From IMG/VR virus record IMGVR_UViG_3300025154_000092, positions 1 to 63,401 of that record: a DNA stretch of 63,401 nt; one strand, 5' to 3'. The notes beneath the pieces were generated by a model that searched no databases, had not been told where the DNA came from, and was given only the letters and a program-made list of their open reading frames with translations. This stretch comes from a virus (taxonomy: Duplodnaviria > Caudoviricetes). Made by a program: the position numbers and the translations under genes. Below are positions 27,697 to 38,194 of the stretch, one piece after another (position 1 is the stretch's first letter; every line of letters begins with the position of its first letter).

Positions 27697-27978
27697 ATGG
27701 GGGGCAAATTCGGGAAATATTGGGAGATGACGTCTGGCGGGCCGTACAAGGACGATCCGCTCTGCCAACCGCAGGAGATGTTCAAGTGCACGAGCTGCGG
27801 GGCGGAGACGAAGCCGGAGGAAGGGTATAACGGCGAGCCGAACAGGCACATCTGCGGGCCGGATTGCAGGATGGAGCACAGCGACCTGAGGATTGGGGCG
27901 AGTGAGGCGTTTGTGAGGAATTATCCGGGGATTGATTGGAGCAAAGGGAAGAGGACGAGCTTTGCCCGGGTCAGATGA
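27697..27978 (+). CDS. Small zinc-ribbon-like hypothetical protein
   Basis: CTSCG, HICGPDC; C-terminal FVRNYPGIDW. Confidence 0.55.
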   Translation: MGGKFGKYWEMTSGGPYKDDPLCQPQEMFKCTSCGAETKPEEGYNGEPNRHICGPDCRMEHSDLRIGASEAFVRNYPGIDWSKGKRTSFARVR

Positions 27979-27979
27979 C

Positions 27980-28001
27980 GATGGGTCAAGACCCATCCTA
28001 C
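27980..28001 (-). repeat. GTAG-type REP-like palindrome, copy 2 of 3
   Basis: Identical to 25408-25429. Confidence 0.8.
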
Positions 28002-28050
28002 GCTCGGCGACGAAACAGACCAGACAGACGTAAGGACGGAATAGACCGAG

Positions 28051-30021
28051 ATGCCAGTGCCTTTGCCGAATCCGAATAGCGATGATCCTGCCGAGCTGTT
28101 GATCCAGCGGCGGCGGGAGATCGAGACGTATGAGCACAAGCCTGCGGTGGACCCCAGGGAGCTTGCGGAGCGGGAAGAGGCTGCAAAGGCCTATGCCGGT
28201 GAAAACGAGGACCATTTTGTATCCTATGTGCTGGATTGCTACAACACGTCGATTCGGGCACACCAGGATATCCGGCGGATCCAGGGGCACTGCTGGAACG
28301 CATATGAGGAAAACGAGCCGGTGAACTTCCTCGACAAGGAGGAGTGGCAGGCAAAGACGATTGTTCCAAAACCTTTTCAGACCGTGCAGTTCGGCGCTGC
28401 CGCGGTGAAGAAGGCCTTTACCCCGCAGTTTTTGAGCATCAAGAATGCCAGGAACAAGGCGAGCGAAGCGTTCTGGCAGAAGGTCATGGATTTTTATCTG
28501 AACGAGCAGCATGCCGATTTCAGGACCGTGTTTGCCGACGCCTGCCTGATGGGGCTTGCCATAGGGACATCGTCGGAGATGATTCCCATGTTCAGCTCGG
28601 CGGCCGGTCTGCAGATTCCCCTTGTGGAGCCGTGGAAGATCGTCCGGGATCCGGATGCGCTGCCGCGCGATCCGCATAGCGGCATGTACTGGATTCATGA
28701 GGAATGGCTCGACTATTACGTGCTGAAAGAGGCGGAGAAAAAGCAAAAGTATACGCAGGTGGACGCGGCGGTCGACACTACGGGCGGGTCCAATGACAAC
28801 CCCCTGACCACTGCCGAGGCCATAGCGGCACGAAAGAACATGATCATAGAGCGGTCGCGTTTCCGCAAAATGGTGCTTACCAAGGAGTTTCACGGCACTA
28901 TCCTGAGCCCGAACGGCGAGCTGCTTCTTCCTTCTGCCAAGCTCACGCTTGGCGCAAACCGGGTAATCGGGCTTCCCAAGGCTGTGGACACCGATTACCG
29001 CTTTCCCGGGATCTCGTTTTCTCCTCTGCCACACCTGCTGAGATACGACGGCCGCGGGCTGCTGGAAGGGGTGCTGAGCGTGTGGGAAGCGATGAACAAT
29101 ATCCTGTGTCTCCACCAGGATTACCTGCAATGGCTGGTCAACCCTCCCAGGGAGATCAACGTGGACGGGTTGCAGGACCCAAAGGATGCCAAGATCTTTC
29201 CCGGGAAGGATGTGCTCACGAAGGATACCGCCAACGGGCAGCAGGTGGTCCGGATCGAGCAGCGGCGGAGCAGGACCACGGACATTCTGGCGAACCTGCA
29301 GCATTTCGACCAGTTGTTCCAGCGGGGCACGTTCGTTTCGGACAGCGTGCAGGGGCTGCCGGGATGGCGGCAGGATGAACCGTACAGGCTGGCGGCCATG
29401 CACCTTGACCAGGCCCTGGGGGTTTTCGGGTTGATGGGGAGCAACGTGGAGGTGGGGGCGATCAAGGCCATTACGCAGTCGGCCCGGGTGATCAGGAAAT
29501 TTGCCACGTACAGGGATTACCAGCAGATATTCACCGACGAGGAGCTTAAAAAATTCGGTGTGGCGCTGGATCCCAGTAAACCGAACGGGGTGGGCGGTGT
29601 GCCGGAATTCGACGGCACGTTCCACGTGTCGGGGATCCAGGCCCTGATGAAGGACAATGAGTGTTTGAAAGTGATCAATGAGATCATTATTCCGCTCTCG
29701 GACAGGCCGCAGTATGCGCCGTATATCGACCCATACCGTGTGTTGAAATCGATCGAGATTCGAGCGAACCTCGAGGATGAGAAGATCATCCCAACCGATG
29801 AACAGGCGAAGATCATCCAGGTGCAGCAGATGCTTGCCGCGGCCAAGCAGCAGGAGGCCATGGAGCGGATGCAGGAGCTGCAGGAGGCGATGGGCGTAAC
29901 CGAGCTGATCAAAAAGATCGAGGAGATCGAGGCGGAGACGAAGCGGCCGGAGGAGATGGCGAAGCGGATTTTGCAAATTCAGGGCGGAAAGACGATGCAG
30001 GGGGGCGGCAATGCTCGGTAA
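28051..30021 (+). CDS. Portal protein
   Basis: 656 aa after terminase; DPDA, YDGRGLLE, WLVNPP patterns; Q/E-rich helical C-terminus as in podovirus portals. Confidence 0.78.
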   Translation: MPVPLPNPNSDDPAELLIQRRREIETYEHKPAVDPRELAEREEAAKAYAGENEDHFVSYVLDCYNTSIRAHQDIRRIQGHCWNAYEENEPVNFLDKEEWQAKTIVPKPFQTVQFGAAAVKKAFTPQFLSIKNARNKASEAFWQKVMDFYLNEQHADFRTVFADACLMGLAIGTSSEMIPMFSSAAGLQIPLVEPWKIVRDPDALPRDPHSGMYWIHEEWLDYYVLKEAEKKQKYTQVDAAVDTTGGSNDNPLTTAEAIAARKNMIIERSRFRKMVLTKEFHGTILSPNGELLLPSAKLTLGANRVIGLPKAVDTDYRFPGISFSPLPHLLRYDGRGLLEGVLSVWEAMNNILCLHQDYLQWLVNPPREINVDGLQDPKDAKIFPGKDVLTKDTANGQQVVRIEQRRSRTTDILANLQHFDQLFQRGTFVSDSVQGLPGWRQDEPYRLAAMHLDQALGVFGLMGSNVEVGAIKAITQSARVIRKFATYRDYQQIFTDEELKKFGVALDPSKPNGVGGVPEFDGTFHVSGIQALMKDNECLKVINEIIIPLSDRPQYAPYIDPYRVLKSIEIRANLEDEKIIPTDEQAKIIQVQQMLAAAKQQEAMERMQELQEAMGVTELIKKIEEIEAETKRPEEMAKRILQIQGGKTMQGGGNAR

Positions 30022-30334
30022 GGGAATAGAAACCGATCCGGCGACAGGCCGGCCGCGTGTCGAGCGGGAAGAGGAAAAGAAGCAGATCAATGACAGGCGG
30101 GAAGAGGAGATTTTGCGGGCCCGGGCTGCGTATGCCGGCATGCTGGCCACTGAGCCGGGGAAGCTGCTGGTCGGGATGGTGCGGCAGAGATTGATGGACC
30201 GCATAAGAACACTCGCTGCAGCGGATCCGGAGGCGAAGACCCTTTCCGGGCTGCTAAACGACCTGGGCATTGCGGATGCCCTTGCAGATGACGCTGTACT
30301 AAAGCTGTTCGACCGGACCATGAAGAAGGAGTGA
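30011..30334 (+). CDS. Hypothetical protein (portal-adjacent)
   Basis: MLATEPGKLLV pattern; overlap with portal. Confidence 0.65.
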   Translation: MLGKGIETDPATGRPRVEREEEKKQINDRREEEILRARAAYAGMLATEPGKLLVGMVRQRLMDRIRTLAAADPEAKTLSGLLNDLGIADALADDAVLKLFDRTMKKE

Positions 30335-30356
30335 GATGGGTAAAGTAACGGAAGCA

Positions 30357-30493
30357 TAAGCCACGGCAAAGTCCAGGAAGCATAGGACCGATAAGACATA
30401 GAGGACCTATACTTCGAGAGGCGTAGCAAAGGCGCACGGGGGAATTTCAGATTTGAGATTTCAAATTTGAAATTCGCAGGTGCGCCTTTTTTT
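30357..30493 (+). promoter_or_regulatory. Structured leader plus terminator, copy 1
   Basis: Shares TAAGCCAnGGCAAAGTCCA, AGAGGCGTAGCA and GGCGCA..TGCGCC-T-run with 60068-60192. Confidence 0.6.
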
Positions 30494-30570
30494 ATTCCAG
30501 CGGCAGCCGGGATTCCCGGCCGGAAGGCAAAGGAAAAGCGGCGCTTGCCGGACAAAGCAAAGGAGGGGGT

Positions 30571-31554
30571 ATGCCAGGGGAAGAAAAGACGTTCGATCTC
30601 GACCAGGTGATCCAGGAGGGGATGCAGCAGTTCACGGGGCAGGAAGCGGTGATGAGCCTGCCTGCCGAGGGGGACGCTGGAACCCAGGGGGAAGAGGACG
30701 GCAAAGACCAGAGGACAGAAGACGGCAAGGAAACAGGGACCCAAGGGACGGAAGGGACCCAAGGGAAAGAAAAGGCTGCAGACCAGGCGGGGAAGGAAAC
30801 CGGAGACGCAGGGGCTGCAGACGCAAAGGCCCAGGAGCGCATGAGTGAGCTCGAAGAGGAAAACAGAGCACTCAAGGGCGAGAAGGCGACCGCCGAGGCG
30901 GCCGCGGCCCGGGAAAAGGCCGATGCCGATTTTGAGAAGTCTGTTGAGGAGTTCAGCCAGGCCGAGAACAGGAAAGCCCTTGCCGCCATAGATGGGCTGG
31001 ATCCGGACAGTTACGAGACTCCGGAGAAGTACCAGGAGCAAGTGGCGAAGATCTGGGCAAAGAAGGAAACCGCGGTTGCCAAGCATGTGCGTGTGGTAGG
31101 CAGCCGGACAGAGGTCAGAGATCAGAGGGCGGAGGCCGGCAAGGAGCAGAGGACAGAGGACGGTGGACAGAAATCGGAAAAAGAGCAGCTCTGGGCTGAG
31201 GTTGGCAAGATCGCGAAAGCGGAGGAACTGGATCCGGCGGATCCGGATTTCATCGTGTTTTGCCGGCAGGCCCCGGAAACGGATCCGAGCGGGAAGCCGC
31301 TCGATTTAGATGCGCAGGTGAAGTGGGCGATCAACGAGACCAAGGAGTTCAAGAGGTTGCGGAAGATCGACCAGGAGAGCAAGGGTATCACTGCCGAGCA
31401 GCTTGCAGCAAGGCGGCAGGAGACCGAGCAGCCCATGGTGCGCGGGGCGTCTACAGTGCCGGGCACCGGCAGCTTTGGCGGCGCAACTGAGAAAGCGCAA
31501 CCCGTGAGCCTTGATGATGCGCTGAATTTTGCGGCGCAGCGAAGGACGCTCTAA
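30571..31554 (+). CDS. Scaffolding protein
   Basis: Acidic low-complexity/coiled-coil protein directly before major capsid; SD AAGGAGG. Confidence 0.72.
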   Translation: MPGEEKTFDLDQVIQEGMQQFTGQEAVMSLPAEGDAGTQGEEDGKDQRTEDGKETGTQGTEGTQGKEKAADQAGKETGDAGAADAKAQERMSELEEENRALKGEKATAEAAAAREKADADFEKSVEEFSQAENRKALAAIDGLDPDSYETPEKYQEQVAKIWAKKETAVAKHVRVVGSRTEVRDQRAEAGKEQRTEDGGQKSEKEQLWAEVGKIAKAEELDPADPDFIVFCRQAPETDPSGKPLDLDAQVKWAINETKEFKRLRKIDQESKGITAEQLAARRQETEQPMVRGASTVPGTGSFGGATEKAQPVSLDDALNFAAQRRTL

Positions 31555-31626
31555 GGACCGAGGGACGAAAAAGACAACAAATTACGACAACAAGGAAACA
31601 GCCGGAAGGCTGAGGAGGGTTAGACG

Positions 31627-32595
31627 ATGACAGGAGCGACTTTTAGTTGGACGTACGATGCACCGGCGGGGGTTTTCAAGAACCATGGCCTGTCGGGAGA
31701 GTTGCTGAAACTTGCGGCGCTCGATTTCAAACTCGTGCCGTTTACGCGGCGCGTAACGGAGTTTCATAAGGGCATGGGCGAGAGCATTACCCTGCTCTAC
31801 TACAAGGCCCTTTCGCAGCCCTCGAGCGCATTGCTCGAAGAGAAAACCCGAATCCCCATTGATCAGCTCACGATGGGCCAGCAGACCATCACCATCGCCG
31901 AATGGGGGCGCGGCGTGGAGTACACGGATCTGATGAAGCAATTGAGCAAATACGACCCCACGAGCCCCATTCAGGAACGTTTGAAGGACCAGATGAACGA
32001 GGCCATGGACAACGCGGTGGGATCCCATTTCACGGGTACCGACGTGAAACTCGCGTTTACCCCCACTTCGCTTACCGGAGGCACCTGGGCAACCACGGGG
32101 ACGTCGGTTACCACAGCCTTGGCGAACCTGACCAAGGATCACCTGGCCGTGATCAGGGACTACATGGCCAAGGACATCCACGTGCCCTTCTTCGACGGGG
32201 ACCACTTTATCGGGCTTTTCTCCACCAAGGCCCTTCGAGGCCTTCGAAACGACCGGGTGATAGAGGCGTGGAACATGTATCTCCGCAAGGGGGATCACAT
32301 CTACAAGGGCGAGATCGGCAAGGTGGAGTCGATCCGGGCGGTGGAGATCACCAATGACACGGCCCTTTCGAACTCGGTAGGCAGCGGCGGGATCATGGGC
32401 GAGGCGGTTGTGTTCGGGAAGGATGCCCTTGCCCGGATCGAGCTGGAGTTCCCGCATCTTCGCGCACAACCCAACTACACGGCGGATTTCGGCCGGCGGC
32501 ATGCGGTTGCGTGGTACGGCACGGTGAACTTCGGCGTGTTTTTCCCCACATCGACGGACCGGGAAGCGCGGATTGTGAAGGTGGTGAGCGCGTAA
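31627..32595 (+). CDS. Major capsid protein
   Basis: GMGESITL, TITIAEWGRGV, GEIGKVESIRAVE, DFGRRHAVAWY patterns; SD GAGGAGG; position after scaffold. Confidence 0.82.
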   Translation: MTGATFSWTYDAPAGVFKNHGLSGELLKLAALDFKLVPFTRRVTEFHKGMGESITLLYYKALSQPSSALLEEKTRIPIDQLTMGQQTITIAEWGRGVEYTDLMKQLSKYDPTSPIQERLKDQMNEAMDNAVGSHFTGTDVKLAFTPTSLTGGTWATTGTSVTTALANLTKDHLAVIRDYMAKDIHVPFFDGDHFIGLFSTKALRGLRNDRVIEAWNMYLRKGDHIYKGEIGKVESIRAVEITNDTALSNSVGSGGIMGEAVVFGKDALARIELEFPHLRAQPNYTADFGRRHAVAWYGTVNFGVFFPTSTDREARIVKVVSA

Positions 32596-32669
32596 GGGAC
32601 AAGGACCAGGGACCAAAGGGACAAAAAGGGACCTAAGGAAAAAAAATATGAAGGAAGGAGGCGAAAGCC

Positions 32670-33125
32670 ATGTTTGAGATCAATCCGACTTATTTGCCTT
32701 TTATTCCGGCTGCCGTCGGAACGAGCTGGGATGAAAAAGGGATCCTGCTGACCGGTCATGGAACCGGGGACGCAGGGGTGTTTAGCGTGCCGTTCAAGTG
32801 CGAGGTGGAGCGCGCGCAGTTGACTATCACTGTGGCGACTGAGGCAGGGGCCGCAGAAGTGAAGTTCGACAAGAGGCCGACCGCGGGAAGCGATACCAGC
32901 CGCGGGGACGGAGACATAGCCGATATCAATATCGGTGTTGCCGGAGTTTCGGCCCAGGGCGAGGTGGCCTATGACCTGGTGGCCGCCGGCGTGACCCTGG
33001 AGCCGGGGCAGCAGGTCGTTGTACAGGTGATCACCGCCAATACCGGGCAGGTGATACCGGAGCTGATTGTGAGGTATCTGCCGGAGACTCTGGCCAACCT
33101 GAGCGCGCTGCAGGCGACAACGTAA
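32670..33125 (+). CDS. Putative capsid decoration/structural protein
   Basis: Beta-rich 151 aa after capsid; SD AAGGAGG. Confidence 0.55.
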   Translation: MFEINPTYLPFIPAAVGTSWDEKGILLTGHGTGDAGVFSVPFKCEVERAQLTITVATEAGAAEVKFDKRPTAGSDTSRGDGDIADINIGVAGVSAQGEVAYDLVAAGVTLEPGQQVVVQVITANTGQVIPELIVRYLPETLANLSALQATT

Positions 33126-33210
33126 GAGCTAGTCGTTTGGTCTGTTTCGTCAAGACTAAATAGACGAGATGGACCAAACAGACCAGACGGACAGGAATAG
33201 GAGGTGTGTA

Positions 33211-33687
33211 ATGCCAGCATTGGCCGCAACAAATGTCACGGTGACCATGGGAACCCGTGACCGCGATTTTGCCCGTGCGGGGACGCTGAAGAACTTGAGC
33301 ATTGCCAGTATCGCGTTCGGCGATGGGGTGCTGACGTACCCAGCCGACGGGGTGCCTTTGCCTGCTCTGGGGGTGTTCGGGATTCACAGGGAAATGGACC
33401 TGCTCCCGATCGAGAGCTCGGCGAACGGCTTTGTGTACAAGTACGACCGCACGAATCATAAACTGAAAATATTTACGCAGGGGGTGACAACGGGATCGAC
33501 GCAGGTTTCGCCGCACGAACCCACGGAACCGACTGTAGCAATCGAGAATTCCGCGGGGGCGGACCAGGCGGCGCTGTTGTTCGGGGCAGCGGCAGACACG
33601 GCCTATGACTTCGGCCCGCTGAAAGAGCTGCCGGCAACCATTGCGCCGGCCGCGGTGACTATCCGGGCGCTGGTGATAGGAGAATGA
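33211..33687 (+). CDS. Putative structural protein
   Basis: YPADGVPL, YKYDRTNHKLKIF, C-terminal ALVIGE; SD AGGAGG. Confidence 0.6.
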   Translation: MPALAATNVTVTMGTRDRDFARAGTLKNLSIASIAFGDGVLTYPADGVPLPALGVFGIHREMDLLPIESSANGFVYKYDRTNHKLKIFTQGVTTGSTQVSPHEPTEPTVAIENSAGADQAALLFGAAADTAYDFGPLKELPATIAPAAVTIRALVIGE

Positions 33688-33773
33688 AAAGCAGGTGCGA
33701 GGATCGAGGATCGGGGAACGAGGATTTGACCTCGGTCCCCGATCCTCGCACCATTGAGTAAGAAAGGAGACAT

Positions 33774-34298
33774 ATGGAGGCACAGAAGCTTTACGTGAAG
33801 GTGAAAGACAAGGACGGCAATGAAACCCAGAAAGAGGTGCGCATATTCGCGTTCTGGACGGACCGGGGCGGATCGATCTACCTGCATGAAAGCGGCGTGT
33901 ACGGGTACAAGGACGGGTCTCCTGTGCGCTCGCGGCAGGAGCTCGAGCAGATCATCAGCCAGCCTGTGCAGCTCAAGTATGCGCTGCTCTGGTGGGACAG
34001 CGTGGGCGCCAAGCTCTCGAAGGCCTTTTACGACCAGAAGGCGGAAGAAGAAGAGCAGAGGATCGGGCAGGCCATGCACGTCGATAGCCCGTCGGAGATG
34101 GCGCACCTGGACCTGGTGCAATATCAGCGCAGACCGGTGAAGGAGCGGGCCGAGAAGGCGTATTCGGATCCGTCTTCCTGGAGCACGTGGTTTTCCCAGC
34201 GGCCGGACTGGTGGGGGTTGGCCAGGACGCTCGAGATTGGGGATTGGTATTTCAGGCGGTGCGATCCGGACGGGCAGAAAGAGGAAGGGACGGAGTAA
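33774..34298 (+). CDS. Hypothetical protein
   Basis: SD AAGGAG. Confidence 0.7.
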   Translation: MEAQKLYVKVKDKDGNETQKEVRIFAFWTDRGGSIYLHESGVYGYKDGSPVRSRQELEQIISQPVQLKYALLWWDSVGAKLSKAFYDQKAEEEEQRIGQAMHVDSPSEMAHLDLVQYQRRPVKERAEKAYSDPSSWSTWFSQRPDWWGLARTLEIGDWYFRRCDPDGQKEEGTE

Positions 34299-34380
34299 AA
34301 GGGACCGAGGGAGGACCGCTCCCTTTGGTCGCTAGGACGACCGCTTCGCTAGGACGAGGGACGAAAGGGATGAAAGCAGG

Positions 34381-34668
34381 ATGAGTGGAGTAACCGATTA
34401 TCCCGTAAGAACTTGTCCTTGGGCGGACTGCCGGGCTGTGTGGGTGGAAGATCCCGTGATGTACGAGGATACGGCCAGGTGCCCCAGGTGCGGGCGGGAT
34501 GCGGACAGCTTCAGTTACGGGCCGGAAAGGGATATCGGGGAATTCGCCGGCGGATCGAGCCGCTCGAAACTCTTTCTGCGGTACATGACGCAAGGGGTGA
34601 TCCCGTTTATGGAAGGCGGGTGGATCAAGACCGTGGGCGCTTTGAACGAGGCGGATTACAGAACATAG
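34381..34668 (+). CDS. Zinc-ribbon-like hypothetical protein
   Basis: CPWADC...CPRCG. Confidence 0.6.
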   Translation: MSGVTDYPVRTCPWADCRAVWVEDPVMYEDTARCPRCGRDADSFSYGPERDIGEFAGGSSRSKLFLRYMTQGVIPFMEGGWIKTVGALNEADYRT

Positions 34669-34705
34669 GACCGGTAGGGCATATAGGACCTATGTGAAGA
34701 GGGGA

Positions 34706-35089
34706 ATGATGGCCGGACCTAATGTGCATCAGCTTACGGAGATGACCGACACGCCTGAAGACGGCGATGAGTTTTACCTTGTAGACGGCGGGGTTGCGGA
34801 TAAGAAGGTGGCTTTCGGGACGCTTCGAGGGCCGAGGGTCACGACGCTTGTCGATTACGTGGTAACCAGGGCCGGCGAAGTGGTGTTTGCAAGCGGCACG
34901 GTGACGATCACGCTTGCTCCTGCGGCCAAAGGATGGCCCGTTAAGGTGTTCAACATCGGGACCGGAGAAGTGACGGTGCTGTGCCAGGGAAGCGACACCA
35001 TAGAGGGGGTGGCTTCCATCAAGATGGCGTACCAATACGACGCGATCTCGCTCGAGGGCGACGGCGGGACTCTTTACGTGAAGGATTAG
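34706..35089 (+). CDS. Small tail-fibre-associated protein
   Basis: TVTITLAPAA...VFNIGTGEVTV...DTIEG beta repeat of the kind seen in fibre modules. Confidence 0.55.
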   Translation: MMAGPNVHQLTEMTDTPEDGDEFYLVDGGVADKKVAFGTLRGPRVTTLVDYVVTRAGEVVFASGTVTITLAPAAKGWPVKVFNIGTGEVTVLCQGSDTIEGVASIKMAYQYDAISLEGDGGTLYVKD

Positions 35090-35094
35090 GAGTT

Positions 35095-36849
35095 ATGGCG
35101 AAGAGGCGAAAATACCGTGAGTCGGCGCTGAGCATTGCGCTCACGCTGGCGCTGCTGTTTACAGCCGGGTCGTTTTATTTCGGCGGCCCCAGGCAGCTTG
35201 TGGCCACCATTTACGAATGGGGCCGGACCAGAAACGTGAATTCGCTGGGCGGTTTTGAGGCAGCCTGCGCGAGCTTTACCTCTGGAACGCTCATTATTGC
35301 CGACACCCAAACGGTCAGCGCGGATACTGTTGTACCGTCCGGAGTGAGACTCCACTTCCAAGCGCCCGGAAACCTGGCCATGGCATCCGGGAAAAAGGTT
35401 ACGGTGACCGACGGCCCGGCCGCGATTATTGCGCCGCCTGACCTGCAAATAATCTCGGGTGCTGGAACCGTCGAATGGGGTGCAGGCGGTGAAATGTGGG
35501 CCAACTGGCTTGGACTCGTGCCGAGATTATTCGACTTTGCAGACGAAAACGCCGTCGCTTTGCAGGCGGCCTTTGACGCGGCTTACCCCAAAGGGATCAA
35601 TGTAAGGATTTGGGCAGGGACCTATTACTATGACACGACCCTCTTGCAGCGGGGAAGCAACCTGCATTTTTCAGGGGTTGGATCGTGGCAGCCCGATCTC
35701 GAGGCCGCAAAGGATACCAACTATGGAACCCGGCTTGTTTATACGGGAGTCGGCACCGGGTTTGCCAACGCCACACCGACGACTCGCTTGTTTAACCTCC
35801 AGATCCACGACATTGCCTTCGCCTGCAATAATGAGAGTAATGCCGGTTATGGGCTGGATATCACCTCAATCAACTATTTCGACATTCAGCGCGTGACTGT
35901 CTCCTATTTCGGCGGCTACGGTATGAGAGTGCAAGCTTCCACCGATAGCGGAATTGCAAATTGTCTTGCGCGGGATATCAAGATAACCAGGACCGACGGT
36001 GGATTATGGGTTAACGGCAACGGCGACGGCTCGACCGGCATGGTTGCCGATACCACGTTCCAGGACATCATGGTCAGGGATATTCAGGTTGCGGGCGGCG
36101 GGGCAACGACCAACTGGCTTTTTTACCTAGAAAAGTCCATCACCAAATGCAGATTTGACGGCCTCAGCTACAAACAGGCAGTAACGATGCCCATAGGCGG
36201 GGCAATCCATAAGGGCGACACCTACAAAAACATCCTGATCAATTGTGGCGGCGAGATTGGAGCTCAGGCCGTACCTGAGCTGAATTTGGTTGCCAGCACC
36301 GGCGCATCGTTTGACACGATTATCAACCCTAAGCTCCAGGACGCTACAAAACTGATTCGGAATGCAGGCAATAAGGACACTATTATCTCCGCTCATCACC
36401 CGTATTCAAGTTCGCCTGCGTGGCATTACACCTCGTATCAATTCTACGTCACGAACCCTGCCGCCGGACAGGCCTACAATGCGAATCAGGCCTCACTGCT
36501 GGGTGATGCGAACGTGACGAGTATTCTTACGCCCTACGCCGGTGCGGTTGTGGGACTGTCTGTCAAGCGTTGGGGTGGGGGAGCGGATACAGGTCCAGGC
36601 TACTGCAATTTCCGGCCTGCGGTGGCAGGGACTTACATTTCCAACGGACCGGTGGCGGGTTTGGGAGCAGCGGGGGGATACAATACCGACGAACAGGTCT
36701 CGGCTACCCAAACGACAAACACGGGAACAGCGGCATTTGCAGCGGGTGTCAATCTGGGGGTGACCTACGCATCTCACGCAAGTTGGAACGGCACGGGAAC
36801 GTATGTTGTCACAATGCTGGTCTGCTTCAAGCCGACCGTTTTGCAATAA
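35095..36849 (+). CDS. Tailspike-like protein (pectin-lyase-type beta-helix) with N-terminal hydrophobic segment
   Basis: ENAVALQAAFDAA...VRIWAGTY beta-helix cap; G/N/T-rich repeats; SD AGGAG. Confidence 0.7.
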   Translation: MAKRRKYRESALSIALTLALLFTAGSFYFGGPRQLVATIYEWGRTRNVNSLGGFEAACASFTSGTLIIADTQTVSADTVVPSGVRLHFQAPGNLAMASGKKVTVTDGPAAIIAPPDLQIISGAGTVEWGAGGEMWANWLGLVPRLFDFADENAVALQAAFDAAYPKGINVRIWAGTYYYDTTLLQRGSNLHFSGVGSWQPDLEAAKDTNYGTRLVYTGVGTGFANATPTTRLFNLQIHDIAFACNNESNAGYGLDITSINYFDIQRVTVSYFGGYGMRVQASTDSGIANCLARDIKITRTDGGLWVNGNGDGSTGMVADTTFQDIMVRDIQVAGGGATTNWLFYLEKSITKCRFDGLSYKQAVTMPIGGAIHKGDTYKNILINCGGEIGAQAVPELNLVASTGASFDTIINPKLQDATKLIRNAGNKDTIISAHHPYSSSPAWHYTSYQFYVTNPAAGQAYNANQASLLGDANVTSILTPYAGAVVGLSVKRWGGGADTGPGYCNFRPAVAGTYISNGPVAGLGAAGGYNTDEQVSATQTTNTGTAAFAAGVNLGVTYASHASWNGTGTYVVTMLVCFKPTVLQ

Positions 36850-36879
36850 GTTTTTCTGAATTGGATGGGGAGATAAGAA

Positions 36880-37776
36880 ATGCTCGGCAGGATGCTCAAG
36901 CAACTGTTTCTGGATGCCATAGACCAGGCGGAGCTGGATGCTTCCTATGCGACCGAACGGGAAGTGTGGGAAAAGCTCGACGAGGCGGCATGCATCTTCT
37001 GCAGGGAGATAAAGGACCTTCACGCAGAGGCCCAGATCACGACCGTTGCCGGCCAGCAGCGCTATGATTTGCCGGGTGGGTTCATTGGGCTTTACCTTGT
37101 GAAGAGCAACGGAAAGTTTTTTCTGAAGTATCATGATGGGGATAACTACAGTTTTCCCCTTCTTTCCACCGAGGACAAGATTTACCGCGACAACCTCCGC
37201 ACTGCGCAGACCTGGCCTAACCGATTCGCCATAGTGGACAAGAACAGCCTCGGCAGCCTGATCACCGGCACGGCCACGGCCGCGGGGACACTCGCCAACG
37301 GGCAGTGTGTACTGACCGACAGCACGAAGCTCTTTACCACAACAAACCGGGTTTGGCCCCGGGACATCGTTTATGACACGACCCAGGGCTCAATAGGGTA
37401 CGTGCTCTCGGTGACCGACGCAACCCACCTGGTGGTTGCGCTCTTCGATTCGGCCGGAGCGGCCGATGGGATAACCCTGAACGACGGTTACACCATTCAG
37501 CCGGCTTCGAAGCAGCAGATACTCCTCGATGCGCCGAGCGAGGCGAGCGGGCACACCATGTATGTGCCCTATATTTGCCTGCCTGAGCCGGTGTTCTCGG
37601 ATCTCGGGTTCTGGAGGTTCAGCCCGGAGACGGCAAAGGCGATGGTAGACGGGGCGGCCAGCCTCATGAAGATGCCGAAGCGGGAGTACCAGGAGGCCAT
37701 GCAGATCGGCGGGAAGTTTGCGCAGGAGCTCAGCAGGAAGAGGATTGAGATTGCGCGGCATGCGCTGGGGAGATGA
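36880..37776 (+). CDS. Head-tail adaptor-like protein
   Basis: ITTVAGQQRYDLPGGF, LLDAPSE, AMVDGAA patterns; late-region position. Confidence 0.6.
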   Translation: MLGRMLKQLFLDAIDQAELDASYATEREVWEKLDEAACIFCREIKDLHAEAQITTVAGQQRYDLPGGFIGLYLVKSNGKFFLKYHDGDNYSFPLLSTEDKIYRDNLRTAQTWPNRFAIVDKNSLGSLITGTATAAGTLANGQCVLTDSTKLFTTTNRVWPRDIVYDTTQGSIGYVLSVTDATHLVVALFDSAGAADGITLNDGYTIQPASKQQILLDAPSEASGHTMYVPYICLPEPVFSDLGFWRFSPETAKAMVDGAASLMKMPKREYQEAMQIGGKFAQELSRKRIEIARHALGR

Positions 37777-37912
37777 AAGACCGAGGGACGAAAAAGACCG
37801 AGGGACGAAGGACGACCGCTTCGCTAGGACGAGGGACGAAAAAGACAGGGGACGGAAGGGACTTAAGGGACCAAAGGAAAAGGGGTAAAGCATGAAAGGA
37901 GCGGGGATAGCC

Positions 37913-38194
37913 ATGGCGACATCGGACAAAATGCCGAAGGAAAAGCCTACGGCAAACTTCAATTTTCCGAAGGACAGCAAGCCTCAGCCGTCGGGATTTA
38001 CGAGGATGGCGGCTGATGATGAAGTCACGGTGACCCTGAAGGGCCGGGTTTCCGCCTTCAGCGACAACTCGGATTATTGGGACAAGGGCAAGCGGTTCAG
38101 CGTGGAGATCTCCTCTTGTGAGATCGAGACGAAGCAGAAGGGTGTGAGCCTCGATGATGCGCTGGCTGCGGCCAAGAAGGTGGGGGAAGCGTGA
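37913..38194 (+). CDS. Small virion-associated hypothetical protein
   Basis: DDEVTVTLKGRV; C-terminal VSLDDAL shared with scaffold. Confidence 0.6.
   Translation: MATSDKMPKEKPTANFNFPKDSKPQPSGFTRMAADDEVTVTLKGRVSAFSDNSDYWDKGKRFSVEISSCEIETKQKGVSLDDALAAAKKVGEA

Noticed and set aside
27568-27699. Two successive in-frame TGAs linking terminase, a 30-aa hydrophobic ORF and the 27697 ORF
   Set aside because: Each downstream ORF has its own ATG and no SECIS-like hairpin is visible; frame sharing is probably chance
27007-31086. Very long minus-strand ORFs (1359 aa here; also 38436-41072, 54413-58015, 7030-8496)
   Set aside because: Antisense shadows of GC-rich plus-strand genes; no recognisable motifs
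33696-33750. Long hairpin as an ncRNA
   Set aside because: Built from inverted GAGGATC-type heptamer repeats; treated as part of the junction-repeat phenomenon
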